IMG/VR virus record: IMGVR_UViG_3300045988_156427
Source: a virus
Taxonomy: Duplodnaviria > Heunggongvirae > Uroviricota > Caudoviricetes
Direction: 5' to 3' (one strand)
DNA length: 64,000 nucleotides
A program made the position numbers and the translations under genes. Shown in pieces: positions 9,466-22,647 of the stretch. The notes beneath the pieces were generated by a model. The model had not been told where the DNA came from. It ran no database searches and was given only the letters and a program-made list of their open reading frames with translations. Positions within the stretch are counted from its first letter, which is position 1, and every line of letters starts with the position of its first letter.

Positions 9466-10560
9466 TCACGAGAAGCTTTTTTCTGATGTCAGCCAACAGT
9501 GCTCGTGCAAATCTCTTGGTGGTTTTTCGACAAATGCCTCTTCAGCCACATCCTGCCAGGGGATTTGTTTAGTCCATTCAGCTATAGCGTTATGGTTTGC
9601 CGAGAATAACGGTATTGTATAGGCCTTCAGCCAGTCTAATGTGCTGGAGTTGTGTTTTTGAGCGTGATGTTTCGCATGGTGTTTGGCGATCACGATCGTA
9701 GGCACTACCCATTTACTACCGTCAGTCATTGTGAAGTGCATATTACGGGGAACAGATGACTTTTCCATCAACTCCCGAATCCCGGGAAATTTCCCCAAGA
9801 TCAATCGGCGATATTCATCGCTATTGCGCCCACCAAACTCTTTGGCTTTGAATTCAAGATATGCTTCAGAAACGAGAGGTGAATCCTCTGTGTTTAGAGT
9901 TATCGCCGTGAAAAAACCAGCAGGATTGTTTTTACTATGGGCCAACCGGTGATGCGAATCATAAAAGTACCCTTTCTCGCGTTCCGATGGTTTCGACAGC
10001 AACAGCAGGCGCGAGTCATAATTGGTTAAATTGCCAGTTATCACTGCATGAGCGCGATCGCTGATTTCCGCCGAGTTAATAACGATGAAAAGATCGTGCG
10101 GTCCAGTAAAACCAGCCAGAGACTCTTCGTTATTCAGACAATAGGTTATATAGACGCATCCCCATGTTTCACTGATATGCACCAACCCTTTGTCAGGGTG
10201 TATTCTGAAATAATTGCCAAGAAAAGGGTGTTTTTGGGTAACTCGCTCCCAATAACGGAACATATAGTCAATTATTGTTTTTCGACTATCGTTAATCGCA
10301 GGAGAAACAACCACTGTACGGGAACACGAATACAGTATTGTTTGCAGGATGCTAATCACTGCCACAATAGAGGTTTCCCCAATACCATGTGGTGTGGTGG
10401 CAGTGACTTTGGCTCCGGTGTTCTTTATCGCGTTAATAATTTTTGCTTGATGAGGTGTTAACTCAATATCAAGCAACTCTTTTGCTGCCAGTTCCCAATT
10501 GTCTTTATACCGTTCTATCAGTGCTAACCAGGCAGATTCATTCTGTATACGATTAATCAC
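9466..10560 (-). CDS. PacB paralogue: terminase large-subunit ATPase-domain homologue with degenerate Walker motifs, no nuclease domain
   Basis: 364 aa; shares [22 protein letters not shown] and GGR blocks with PacB (29798-31282); Walker A is GIGET, Walker B is NS in place of DE. Confidence 0.6.
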   Translation of the reverse strand: MINRIQNESAWLALIERYKDNWELAAKELLDIELTPHQAKIINAIKNTGAKVTATTPHGIGETSIVAVISILQTILYSCSRTVVVSPAINDSRKTIIDYMFRYWERVTQKHPFLGNYFRIHPDKGLVHISETWGCVYITYCLNNEESLAGFTGPHDLFIVINSAEISDRAHAVITGNLTNYDSRLLLLSKPSEREKGYFYDSHHRLAHSKNNPAGFFTAITLNTEDSPLVSEAYLEFKAKEFGGRNSDEYRRLILGKFPGIRELMEKSSVPRNMHFTMTDGSKWVVPTIVIAKHHAKHHAQKHNSSTLDWLKAYTIPLFSANHNAIAEWTKQIPWQDVAEEAFVEKPPRDLHEHCWLTSEKSFS

Positions 10561-11461
10561 TTTCCACCTCTTCCGTGGTGTTTTCTTGCAGTTCTGTTAA
10601 TGCAGCACGACATAGGTTCCGGGCATTGGCTATAGCCACACTTTTGACTTCATCCGTCATCGTGCAGGTAATGTACTGATCGAGTTCTTCAGCGCGGATG
10701 ATGCTTTTGCCAATCAGAAACTGTATTTGCCATAGCAGATCGGCATCCATAATCAGAATTTCTGCCGGGCCTTCAGGGCCAGCCGGGAAGGAAACATAAG
10801 ACTGTTTGCCCAGGCCGACAACTCGACAACTTGCTTCAAGAATTGCGCGCTTGAGGTCTGACTTTATAACGGAAACAGGTTGATTTTCACCAGTGATTAC
10901 GCCGTTGACATGGAAAGGCATGTAGCTTGAAATACGCTCCACTTTCCACACGCCAGCAAGCGATCCTTCATGCAGCACAATGGGGGTAACCGCGAGTTTC
11001 ATCTCACCATATAACTGCTGGCAGATAGCTGGATTGCTGAATACATCTAAAGGCTCACATTCAAACAGCGGCGCAATCTGCATGAGGTCCATCATGGTCA
11101 TCCCTGGGGTACGAGCAGTAATGAATTTGCGCATACCAGTATCCATTGCGCTCCAGATTGCTACACCATGCTTTTTGCTCACTTCTTCAGTAAAGCCAAG
11201 GTGGCACATGATGGTTTTTTCGATAGCCAGATCGGAGATAGAAACCTTTTCGCCAGGTACACCATCATTATTGATGGTCACTTCGACACTCTGGCCATTA
11301 CGCAGGCGGTATTGAATTGTTTTAGTATTTTGTGCTGCCATAGTCTTTTCTCTGCTTAAAAACTGATGTATTGCGCCTTCAGGTGGGTCAGGAATGTTTT
11401 CCCACCAGCGAAAGCAATATCTCGGGGTGTTCTGTTCGTTAAAAACGCGTTCCATTGCCAA
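10553..11461 (-). CDS. Hypothetical protein, translationally coupled to the PacB paralogue
   Basis: 302 aa ORF; its stop overlaps the downstream GTG start (GTGATTAA); true start may be internal. Confidence 0.45.
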   Translation of the reverse strand: MAMERVFNEQNTPRYCFRWWENIPDPPEGAIHQFLSREKTMAAQNTKTIQYRLRNGQSVEVTINNDGVPGEKVSISDLAIEKTIMCHLGFTEEVSKKHGVAIWSAMDTGMRKFITARTPGMTMMDLMQIAPLFECEPLDVFSNPAICQQLYGEMKLAVTPIVLHEGSLAGVWKVERISSYMPFHVNGVITGENQPVSVIKSDLKRAILEASCRVVGLGKQSYVSFPAGPEGPAEILIMDADLLWQIQFLIGKSIIRAEELDQYITCTMTDEVKSVAIANARNLCRAALTELQENTTEEVESD

Positions 11462-11543
11462 CTTTGGCGTTTTTTAGCGAGTTCGTGCTTTTGTTGGCGT
11501 TTGGACCACCGCTTTTCTTTCAGTCGTTTTTTACTCATAAACT

Positions 11544-12032
11544 CTAAAACGGAATATCGTCTTCAAAGTCCATTGGAGGTTCGTTATTGGCGCTGCTCTG
11601 AGGTTTGCCACCACCGCTGTATTGCTGGTGGTTTTGAGGTTGGTTTGACTGCCCCCAGCCATTTGAGGACTGTGAATCGTCGCGGCGAGCGCCGATCATT
11701 TGCATGGTGCCGCCCTGGCTGACGATAATTTCCGTCGTGTAACGTTCTACACCGGCGTCATCTGTCCACTTACGGGTTTTAAGTTTCCCTTCGATGTAGA
11801 CCTGAGAACCTTTTCGTAAATACTCACTCGCAATTTCAGCAAGTTTTCCGAACAAAACGACTTTATGCCATTCTGTTTGCTCTTTCTGTTGGCCCGTTTG
11901 CTTGTCGCGCCATGATTCATTCGTTGCGATGCTGAGTCTTCCGACCGCGCCGCCATTTGGTATATACCTGATCTCCGGGTCTTGCCCCAGGGTACCAATC
12001 AGGATGACTTTGTTTACACCGCGTTGTGCCAC
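11544..12032 (-). CDS. ssb: Single-stranded DNA-binding protein
   Basis: 162 aa, OB-fold N-terminus, Gly/Gln-rich linker, acidic DDIPF tail; GTG start. Confidence 0.9.
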   Translation of the reverse strand: MAQRGVNKVILIGTLGQDPEIRYIPNGGAVGRLSIATNESWRDKQTGQQKEQTEWHKVVLFGKLAEIASEYLRKGSQVYIEGKLKTRKWTDDAGVERYTTEIIVSQGGTMQMIGARRDDSQSSNGWGQSNQPQNHQQYSGGGKPQSSANNEPPMDFEDDIPF

Positions 12033-12051
12033 TTATCTTACCTAATAAAAT

Positions 12052-12068
12052 AAATTAATTAGAGCAAT
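12052..12068. promoter_or_regulatory. C1 repressor operator-like 17-mer (AAATTAATTAGAGCAAT)
   Basis: 16/17 match to reverse complement of ATTGCTCTAATAAATTT, in the divergent ssb/lyz promoter region. Confidence 0.6.
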
Positions 12069-12200
12069 AATATATATCTTTGAAACGTAGCTAACAAGTG
12101 ATTTGCATTATCCTGTGTCTTCTAAAGGGATCGAGTCAGTCGGTATTGGCTGTGAATGGGTGTTTGTCCTGGAGCGTAAAAATTCGCTTATGAGGTCTTT

Positions 12201-12758
12201 ATGAAGGGAAAAACAGCCGCAGGAGGCGGTGCAATTTGCGCTATCGCGGTGATGATTACCATCGTGATGGGTAATGGCAATGTGCGAACCAACCAGGCGG
12301 GGCTTGAGCTTATCGGAAACGCTGAAGGTTGCCGACGTGACCCATACATGTGCCCGGCGGGTGTATGGACTGACGGGATTGGTAATACACACGGGGTAAC
12401 GCCGGGCGTGCGAAAAACCGACCAGCAAATCGCCGCTGATTGGGAAAAGAATATCCTGATCGCTGAACGCTGTATTAACCAGCACTTCCGGGGCAAAGAC
12501 ATGCCCGATAATGCCTTTAGCGCAATGACAAGCGCGGCATTCAATATGGGATGCAATAGTTTACGGACCTACTACAGCAAAGCGCGAGGCATGCGAGTAG
12601 AAACGTCCATCCACAAGTGGGCGCAGAAAGGAGAATGGGTGAATATGTGTAACCATCTCCCTGATTTCGTGAACAGTAACGGCGTGCCCCTGCGAGGTTT
12701 AAAGATTCGCCGTGAAAAAGAACGCCAGCTTTGCCTGACGGGACTGGTCAATGAATAA
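12201..12758 (+). CDS. lyz: Endolysin (lysozyme) with N-terminal signal-anchor-release segment
   Basis: 185 aa, hydrophobic N-terminus then lysozyme-like domain; synteny with ssb and pro. Confidence 0.8.
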   Translation: MKGKTAAGGGAICAIAVMITIVMGNGNVRTNQAGLELIGNAEGCRRDPYMCPAGVWTDGIGNTHGVTPGVRKTDQQIAADWEKNILIAERCINQHFRGKDMPDNAFSAMTSAAFNMGCNSLRTYYSKARGMRVETSIHKWAQKGEWVNMCNHLPDFVNSNGVPLRGLKIRREKERQLCLTGLVNE

Positions 12759-13005
12759 ACTCCGGCAGCTCCGCCGACTTTCGACAATGAAGTTATCGCT
12801 GGCGGCGATAGTTTTCGACTCGATTTTCATGGCGGTATATGTGCTCAATGAGACGTGGCCACTGGAACCGCTATTATATGCCGGGCTTCGGCTGTGCCTG
12901 ACATTTTTGAGCATGGCTGCAAGATTGATGCAGCAGAAAGAAACCGCTTCAGATTGCCCACGTCGCGCGGTGCGAAAATATATGGCACGCAGACGAAGGC
13001 GATAA
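12751..13005 (+). CDS. Small membrane protein downstream of endolysin
   Basis: 84 aa, one TM segment, ATG overlaps the lyz stop. Confidence 0.4.
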   Translation: MNKLRQLRRLSTMKLSLAAIVFDSIFMAVYVLNETWPLEPLLYAGLRLCLTFLSMAARLMQQKETASDCPRRAVRKYMARRRRR

Positions 13006-13018
13006 TAGTTAACGAGAA

Positions 13019-13045
13019 CCCCGGCAGCCGCCGGGGTTATTTTTG
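13019..13045 (+). terminator. Intrinsic terminator after the lyz operon
   Basis: CCCCGGC-AGC-GCCGGGG hairpin followed by TTATTTTT. Confidence 0.7.
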
Positions 13046-13049
13046 ATGG

Positions 13050-15780
<2,731 letters not shown>

Positions 15781-15846
15781 TTAATTAGAATAATTCACAT
15801 CGTGTTTGAACGGAATTTAACACTAGTCACTTGTTAAGGATTACCA

Positions 15847-18800
15847 ATGAACAAGCTATCTATGGGGGTGTTTCGCTGTTCAAGTGTCAGCGAAATATTG
15901 AAATACATTAGGGCAATAACATCTCACCGAGCGCCGATTAAATACGGCGTGGAAAAGGTGGAAGGCAAAAGCTATGACCGACTGCGCCGGGAGGCGAATC
16001 AGAAGGCGATAGATTTGCTTAATTCGCTGGTGGACGGCGCGACACTGACAGATGAACAGCGCCAGATCCTGGCTGGGTACACCGGTGAAGGCGGCATTGG
16101 CGGGTCCGTCTCCGAATATTACACACCAAAGCCGATCGCTGAAGGTGTCTGGGAGATCATGAAGCTCTACGGCGCGGACGTAGGTAACACTCTGGAACCA
16201 TCGGCGGGCACCGGCGTTTTTAATGAGACAAAACCGGTTGGTACGGTGATGACTGCGACTGAGATCAGCAGTGTTTCCGGTCGTATAAACCAGCTGTTAC
16301 ACCCGGAAGACAGCGTACAGATTTCCCCGTTCGAACAGCTGGCTGTAAGCACGCCTAACGATTCATTCGACCATGTTGTGGGTAACGTTCCGTTCGGTGG
16401 TCGTGATAACACACGCAACATCGATAAGCCTTACGCAGAAGAAACGGACATGGGTTCTTACTTCATGCTCCGCATGCTGGACAAGATAAAGCCAGGCGGA
16501 TTCATGTGCGTGATTGTGCCGCCGTCCATTGTTTCAGGTTCAAACATGAAGCGGTTACGCCTGCGCCTATCACGGAAAGCTGAATTTCTTGGTGCTCACC
16601 GCTTGCCTACCGGTACTTTTGACGCAAACGGGACCAGTACAGTCGTTGATGTGGTGCTGATGCGCAAACATCCGGCAGAGATGGCTGAGAAAATCCCCCT
16701 GGTGGATGAAAGCACTCTTGAATCGGCAAATGTGCTTTGGCCAACGTTTATTTCTGGCAAGTGGTTTGAAAAGGACGGTCGCCGGTTTGTTCATGGCACC
16801 CAGGAGAAGGGATTCCAGGGGCGTATTGAGGTTCGTGCCGACGGGCAGATTGATAACCAGGCTCTTAAAGCGAAGCTGATTCATCGTTTCGAAAGTCGTA
16901 TCGACTGGTCTTTGCTCAATATGGCTGAACCGTCACCGACCGCAGACGTTGTTGATGAAGGGGAAATGCGCCTGATTAATGGCGTATGGCAAAAATATGC
17001 TGGTGGTCGCTGGATTGAATCTGATGCAGGGAAGGAGCTGAAGATTGATGTTGCCAGTTATGGCGCGGACAGCTGGGAGGCTCTTCAGCGTAACCTGACT
17101 ACAACAGAAGGCCGTCTCGGTATGACATTTACCCAGATGGCAAATGTCCGCGATAAGTACACCACATCAATCAGCGACGATATGGTGCAGCTGGTGGACT
17201 GGATTAACAGCCAGCCTGAAAAATACCGTGAACGCTTGTATCGCGGGGCGATGATTGGCCGGATGTTAATTGAATATCAGGACATGAAGGCCGCCGGGCA
17301 TAGTGCTGAACAAATCGAACAGCAGCGCCTTTCTCTGGTATCCCGTTTGCAGGCAGAGATTGACCGTTTTGGTAACCCCGGTCGCGGTCCGATAGCGAAA
17401 TTATCGGGGAGCGGTGCGCGCGCCTGGTTTGCTTTCCGTGGTGCAATTAAGCTGGATGGCACTATTTCTGACGAGCTGACAGGAAAACTGGTTACGCATG
17501 ATTCCAGCGCCAGTTATGACTCCACCAGCTATCAGGACACCCTGCGTTATCTCTACAGTGATCTCACTCGCGATCCAATCCAGCTCGATGATTTCCGCCT
17601 TGCGTTTACCGGCGAACTGCCAGCCAGTGATGACGAGTTGCTTAATTTATTGGCCAGCACCCCTGGTATTGCGGTTTCACCGTATGGCGGGATTGTTCCG
17701 TTCGCCCGCGCCACCAGCGGCGACATTAACGAGATAGTGGCTCCAAAACAGGAATTCCTCGCCACACTCCCCGACGGTCCAGTAAAGAACAACGTCCTTA
17801 ATCAGCTGGCAGCTATCGAAGAGAAGCGCATCAAGACGCCAGCAGAGAATATCCGGTTTAAGCTCAATAGCCGTTGGTTCGACCGTTCCGTCATTCTGGA
17901 ATTTTTGCAGGAAAACGGCTATCCGGATCTGCGCTATGTGCAGTCAGTGCAGCTGGAAGGCGACGAAATGGTTTCTGACACCTATCACGGTGGTGATGGT
18001 CTGTTCGTCGGGCACCGATACGGTGTCGTCCAGCGCAAGGATAAAGAAACAGGTGAGATTCGCTACGAGTGGGACCGTAAATCAGGTGAAAACGCGACCG
18101 GGTTCCCGGCACAGCTGGAAAAGTATCTCAATGGTGCGCGTATCGGTGGCAAAGATAGCGCGACGGCGAACGGCTACCGCGAGCAGATGGCACTGCTTGA
18201 GGACCAGTTCAATAAGTGGATCAAGACGCACGATCGCTACGATGAACTGGTTACCAAATACAACGATGTGTTCAATAGCAATATCCCGTATGAACACTCT
18301 GGCGATCCGCTTGGGTTGAAGGGATTAAGCGGTAAGCGCCAGCCATTTGATTACCAGAATAGCGAGGTGCGCCGACTGTCCGAAGATGGGCGCGGCATCC
18401 TGGGCTTCGGCACCGGGCTGGGTAAAACCACGACCGCGCTGGCGCTTGAGGCGTTCAACTATGAGAACGGTCGCTCCACCCGTACTGCGTATGTAGTGCC
18501 TAAATCAGTGCTGGAAAACTGGTATTACGAAGCAAAAGAATTCCTGAGTGAAGAGGCATTCAGTAACTACCTGTTCGTCGGTCTTGATGTGCTGATGGAT
18601 GGCGATCAGATTCGCCAGGTGCCGGTGCTCGATGAGAACGGTAAACCTGTTCTTGGTACTGATGGCACTCCCGTTATGCGCGATGCTCTTAAGCTGGCAG
18701 ATGAAGCCACTATCACGGCGCGGATGAACGCGATCCCGCACTCAAATTACCGTGCAGTCGTGTTTACCAAAGAACAATACGCCCGCATTCCTCTACGTGA

Positions 18801-21800
18801 TGACACCGTAGATGAGCATGCACAGGATATGCTTTATGACTTCGTTGCCGCCGGGCGCGTAGCCAGCGCAATGGATTCCGATTCCCATCGCAAAGAGGCG
18901 GCGCGTCGCCGGGTATTGTCGGAGTATTCAGATACCGGTACCGAAAAAGCAGAGAAGTATCCGTACTTTGAGGATATGGGCTTCGATAGTGTGATCGCTG
19001 ACGAAGGTCACAACTACCGCAATAGCTATAAAAATGGTCGCGAAGCGTCACAACTGGCCTATCTGCCCACCAGCGCGGTGGCGCAATCGGCGCGAGATAT
19101 GGCAATTAAAAACGCGTACCTGATGAAAAAGAATGGCGGGCGCGGGCCGGTTCTCCTGACTGCAACGCCAGTCGTTAACACCCCGATCGATGCATACAAC
19201 ATGCTTTCTCATGTTCTGCCGAAGGAATACTGGCAGAACATGGGGATCTACGGTCCTGATGACTTCGTTAAATTCTTCGGCAAGACCAGGCTGGAAACGG
19301 TGCAGAAAATCAGCGGTGAAGTTGAAGAAAAAATGGCGCTGGTGGGCTTTGAAAACCTTGATGCGCTGCGCGGTATATTCCATCGCTGGGTAACGCTTAA
19401 AACGGCGGAAGACGTTAAGGATACCGTGGAGATCCCGGAGCTGGACGAACACCAGCAGGATGCACCACTTACTGAAGAACAACTGGCGGCGTATGAAGAA
19501 TTGCGTCAGCAGGCGGAAGCGGCGGCAAAAGCCAACAATGGCGTTACGACCTCGGTCAATGAAGACGGCGTGATTGAGCACGAGAAAGCCCGTCCGATCT
19601 TCTCAATAATCAGGGATATGGACCGCGTATGTACTGACATGGACCTGTACTATCGCCGGATCACCTATCGTTTCCTGCCGGAGTACGCCGATGCGGTGCA
19701 GCAGCTGGCGGACAGTTTGCCTAAACAAGCCACCAGCGAAGACGACGACAGTGATGATTCAATCACGCAGCAATCGCAATACTCCCTGATAGATAAGGGC
19801 GAGTTTATTCAGTTGCAGGTTCCGGAAGCGTTCGAGCAGGAAGTGAATAAGCGCCTGGCCAGGTTTGGCATTGACGAACAGACCGTAACTCACCCCGTTA
19901 CGCCGAAATACGCGAAGCTGATCGCCACGCTGAAGGAGTTTTTCCCGGAAGGTAAGCAAATCATCTTCACCGATGAAAAAACGCAGCACCAGAAGCTCAA
20001 GCGCATTATCTGCAATGCTCTAAACCTTGAACCTTCAAAGGTGGGGATCCTGAATGCTCAGACGGTTGCCGAGGCAGGTAAAACCGGTAAGAAACTGAAA
20101 GCGGTTAAACCGCCGAAAGAGCTACCGGATGAACCAACAGATGCACAGATAGCGAAATACAACGAGCAAATGGCTCTGTATGACGCCTATATCGCGCAGC
20201 AAAATGAAATGTCGTTGGGCGGTCTGGAAAAGATTGCAGCCGACTTCCAGGAGGGCCGGACTCCGATCATCATCTGCAACAAAAAGGCAGAGGTGGGTAT
20301 CAACCTGCATCGAGGAACGACTGACATCCATCATCTGACGTTGCCATGGACACCAGCCAGTATCGCACAGCGTAACGGTCGCGGTGCTCGAGTTGGCTCC
20401 AACCGTGCAAGCGTTCGCGTTCACTACTACTGCGGCAAGGGGTCTTTCGATGAATACCGATTGAAGACGCTGAAGCGTAAAGCAGGCTGGATCTCCGATA
20501 TCCTCCGTTCAGATAAGTCGGAAATGGAGAACGCCGACGCCAATGACATGATCGAAATGCAGATGTATACCGCGAAGGATGACGGCGAACGTCTGGCAAT
20601 GATGCAGGTTCAAATGGATAAGGCGAAAGCTGCGAAACGCGCTCGCCAGAAAGAACAGGCTACTATCGACCTTCAGAATTACATCAAGGCGCAGCACGCA
20701 GCTGGCGAGGATGTGGAGGTACTTACCGCTGAATTGGAGCGAAGCAAAGCGGAACTTGAAAAGACCACCGCCGAGGTAGCTAAATTCAAACAGGTGGTAA
20801 TGGCCAAAGCAGCTGATAACGCAGACTGGAAAGCCCGCTGGGGTAGCGTCCATCACACAGACCGTATGTTGTTAGCACAGTATCGCGCGTCGTTGAAAAG
20901 CGCCATTCAGCGCAAGGCTAATATCTCTCAGGCCATCTCCCGCTATGAGAAATTATTGAACCGTACTCAGAAGGCCGCGACGGATATCAAACGCCTGCGC
21001 CCGCTGGTGGAGGATGCAATAAATAAAGGCATTCTGGATGTTGATCCTGATCTGGTTAACCATGCGAATGAGTTCCTTGTTATCGGCGATCGCTCATGGC
21101 GTGTAGGCCAATACTATGATTGTGCCGGTGATATCGTTCGCATTAAGTCGCTGGACTTCGACAGCCAGCGCGCAGACGTGGAGATCATCTTTACCTTCAA
21201 AGGCACCAAATCGGGTAACTGGGATGTGAAGACGCTGGATAAACAGGTTGATGTAACTCCCGATGAAGATGCTGTTATGCAGAAAATCAGTGGTGGCGTC
21301 TCCATCGCCGGGATTAACGACATCATTTCCTGTGACGATTTCTACCGTTTCCAGCAGCGCGGCATGATCAAAATCACTGACTCATACGGCGTTCAGACTA
21401 CAGAGTCAGGCTATAGCATCGATTTTGTTGGTACCTATACGGACCCACTGAAGCATGCGGTTTACCCGGATCGCCGTGACGGCGCGCTGAAGTCGTCAAT
21501 TGCAAAATGGGTGCTTGGTATGATGTCGGAAGGGAATAACCGCCAGATCCGTTCGGCAGAAACATTCCTGGTTGAATTGTTTGGCTCCAATTATGGCGAT
21601 GTAATCGCGTCATACGGAGATACGCTATCCCCTGAAGCAATTCAGGAGAAAATAGCGGATGCGATCGCCAGAATGCCGGAAAAAACAAGCCAGGGGGCTA
21701 CTCGTAACGGGGATTCTGAACTTGAAGTCACCAATGCCATTTTCGGTACCAATGAGTTCCGGGGGTCAGATTATGAGATCACCACAGCACAGTTTGGCAC

Positions 21801-22614
21801 CATTGGCATTTACAGCAATAAAGCCGAGATCAAGCAGGCAATGGACGCAGCAAGCGCGCGCATCGCAGCAGAACGGGAAGCCAATCTGAATCATGCAGTC
21901 GCCGCGCTGACTCAATCGTGGGTAACAGCAATCAGGGAGGCCGCCACCACAGGGAAAATCACACCTGCAATAGCGGATGTCGTAAACGACGGCTCTAAAT
22001 TTATGGATGCCTATCAAATGGATGCGGTGAAGTTGCCATCAGCCTATGGTCAACTCAGCTATCGCATGACCTACAACCTGGTATCAATGTTTTCCGACCT
22101 TGCCATCCTTGGGCTGGTGGATCTTAACGAGGTTACGCCGGAATTGCTCAGCATGCGCAAGAATCATGTGGAGATATTGCAGAGAATTAACACGGTTCTT
22201 GCCGGGCGCACCGATGAAGAGAAACAGGCCGACGCTGATCGGATAAACCTAGCCCTTGGCAACATCACGGAGGAAGAGATTGCCGCCAGAAACGAGAAAC
22301 AAGAAGAGTTATCATCAATACAGGGTGATGCCACCAGCATAGCTCAGTCTCTTGGTCTGAATTATCGCGTATCCACCGCCGACCTGAAGATGATGTACGC
22401 ACCAAAATTCGCCGCTGGCGAGGTATTTGGGCTTCAGGAAGCCTCAGGCATGAAAGGCGTTCTTTTCCGTGCGAAAGACGCAATCAAGGCGAAATTCGGC
22501 GCTCGCTGGCTGCCAGCGAAGGCGAAGAACAGCGATTTCCCGGGTAACTGGTGGATTATCGAGACAAAACACAACGTGGCGGACGTTCTGGCCGTCATCC
22601 AACAATACGCATAA
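15847..22614 (+). CDS. darB: DarB, giant methyltransferase-helicase anti-restriction protein
   Basis: 2255 aa; N-terminal N6-adenine MTase-like motifs, Walker A GLGKTTTALAL and DEGH box. Confidence 0.85.
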   Translation: MNKLSMGVFRCSSVSEILKYIRAITSHRAPIKYGVEKVEGKSYDRLRREANQKAIDLLNSLVDGATLTDEQRQILAGYTGEGGIGGSVSEYYTPKPIAEGVWEIMKLYGADVGNTLEPSAGTGVFNETKPVGTVMTATEISSVSGRINQLLHPEDSVQISPFEQLAVSTPNDSFDHVVGNVPFGGRDNTRNIDKPYAEETDMGSYFMLRMLDKIKPGGFMCVIVPPSIVSGSNMKRLRLRLSRKAEFLGAHRLPTGTFDANGTSTVVDVVLMRKHPAEMAEKIPLVDESTLESANVLWPTFISGKWFEKDGRRFVHGTQEKGFQGRIEVRADGQIDNQALKAKLIHRFESRIDWSLLNMAEPSPTADVVDEGEMRLINGVWQKYAGGRWIESDAGKELKIDVASYGADSWEALQRNLTTTEGRLGMTFTQMANVRDKYTTSISDDMVQLVDWINSQPEKYRERLYRGAMIGRMLIEYQDMKAAGHSAEQIEQQRLSLVSRLQAEIDRFGNPGRGPIAKLSGSGARAWFAFRGAIKLDGTISDELTGKLVTHDSSASYDSTSYQDTLRYLYSDLTRDPIQLDDFRLAFTGELPASDDELLNLLASTPGIAVSPYGGIVPFARATSGDINEIVAPKQEFLATLPDGPVKNNVLNQLAAIEEKRIKTPAENIRFKLNSRWFDRSVILEFLQENGYPDLRYVQSVQLEGDEMVSDTYHGGDGLFVGHRYGVVQRKDKETGEIRYEWDRKSGENATGFPAQLEKYLNGARIGGKDSATANGYREQMALLEDQFNKWIKTHDRYDELVTKYNDVFNSNIPYEHSGDPLGLKGLSGKRQPFDYQNSEVRRLSEDGRGILGFGTGLGKTTTALALEAFNYENGRSTRTAYVVPKSVLENWYYEAKEFLSEEAFSNYLFVGLDVLMDGDQIRQVPVLDENGKPVLGTDGTPVMRDALKLADEATITARMNAIPHSNYRAVVFTKEQYARIPLRDDTVDEHAQDMLYDFVAAGRVASAMDSDSHRKEAARRRVLSEYSDTGTEKAEKYPYFEDMGFDSVIADEGHNYRNSYKNGREASQLAYLPTSAVAQSARDMAIKNAYLMKKNGGRGPVLLTATPVVNTPIDAYNMLSHVLPKEYWQNMGIYGPDDFVKFFGKTRLETVQKISGEVEEKMALVGFENLDALRGIFHRWVTLKTAEDVKDTVEIPELDEHQQDAPLTEEQLAAYEELRQQAEAAAKANNGVTTSVNEDGVIEHEKARPIFSIIRDMDRVCTDMDLYYRRITYRFLPEYADAVQQLADSLPKQATSEDDDSDDSITQQSQYSLIDKGEFIQLQVPEAFEQEVNKRLARFGIDEQTVTHPVTPKYAKLIATLKEFFPEGKQIIFTDEKTQHQKLKRIICNALNLEPSKVGILNAQTVAEAGKTGKKLKAVKPPKELPDEPTDAQIAKYNEQMALYDAYIAQQNEMSLGGLEKIAADFQEGRTPIIICNKKAEVGINLHRGTTDIHHLTLPWTPASIAQRNGRGARVGSNRASVRVHYYCGKGSFDEYRLKTLKRKAGWISDILRSDKSEMENADANDMIEMQMYTAKDDGERLAMMQVQMDKAKAAKRARQKEQATIDLQNYIKAQHAAGEDVEVLTAELERSKAELEKTTAEVAKFKQVVMAKAADNADWKARWGSVHHTDRMLLAQYRASLKSAIQRKANISQAISRYEKLLNRTQKAATDIKRLRPLVEDAINKGILDVDPDLVNHANEFLVIGDRSWRVGQYYDCAGDIVRIKSLDFDSQRADVEIIFTFKGTKSGNWDVKTLDKQVDVTPDEDAVMQKISGGVSIAGINDIISCDDFYRFQQRGMIKITDSYGVQTTESGYSIDFVGTYTDPLKHAVYPDRRDGALKSSIAKWVLGMMSEGNNRQIRSAETFLVELFGSNYGDVIASYGDTLSPEAIQEKIADAIARMPEKTSQGATRNGDSELEVTNAIFGTNEFRGSDYEITTAQFGTIGIYSNKAEIKQAMDAASARIAAEREANLNHAVAALTQSWVTAIREAATTGKITPAIADVVNDGSKFMDAYQMDAVKLPSAYGQLSYRMTYNLVSMFSDLAILGLVDLNEVTPELLSMRKNHVEILQRINTVLAGRTDEEKQADADRINLALGNITEEEIAARNEKQEELSSIQGDATSIAQSLGLNYRVSTADLKMMYAPKFAAGEVFGLQEASGMKGVLFRAKDAIKAKFGARWLPAKAKNSDFPGNWWIIETKHNVADVLAVIQQYA

Positions 22615-22647
22615 CAGGAGCGCCCGGTTCGCCGGGCGTCGCATAAT

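Noticed and set aside
9466-12032. IS1 or another insertion sequence between ssb and the dar operon
   Set aside because: No transposase-like ORF or terminal inverted repeats; the space holds the PacB paralogue and a 302-aa ORF instead.
16167-22483. Many 60-180-aa ORFs on both strands inside darB
   Set aside because: All lie within the 2255-aa darB reading frame region; no independent signals.
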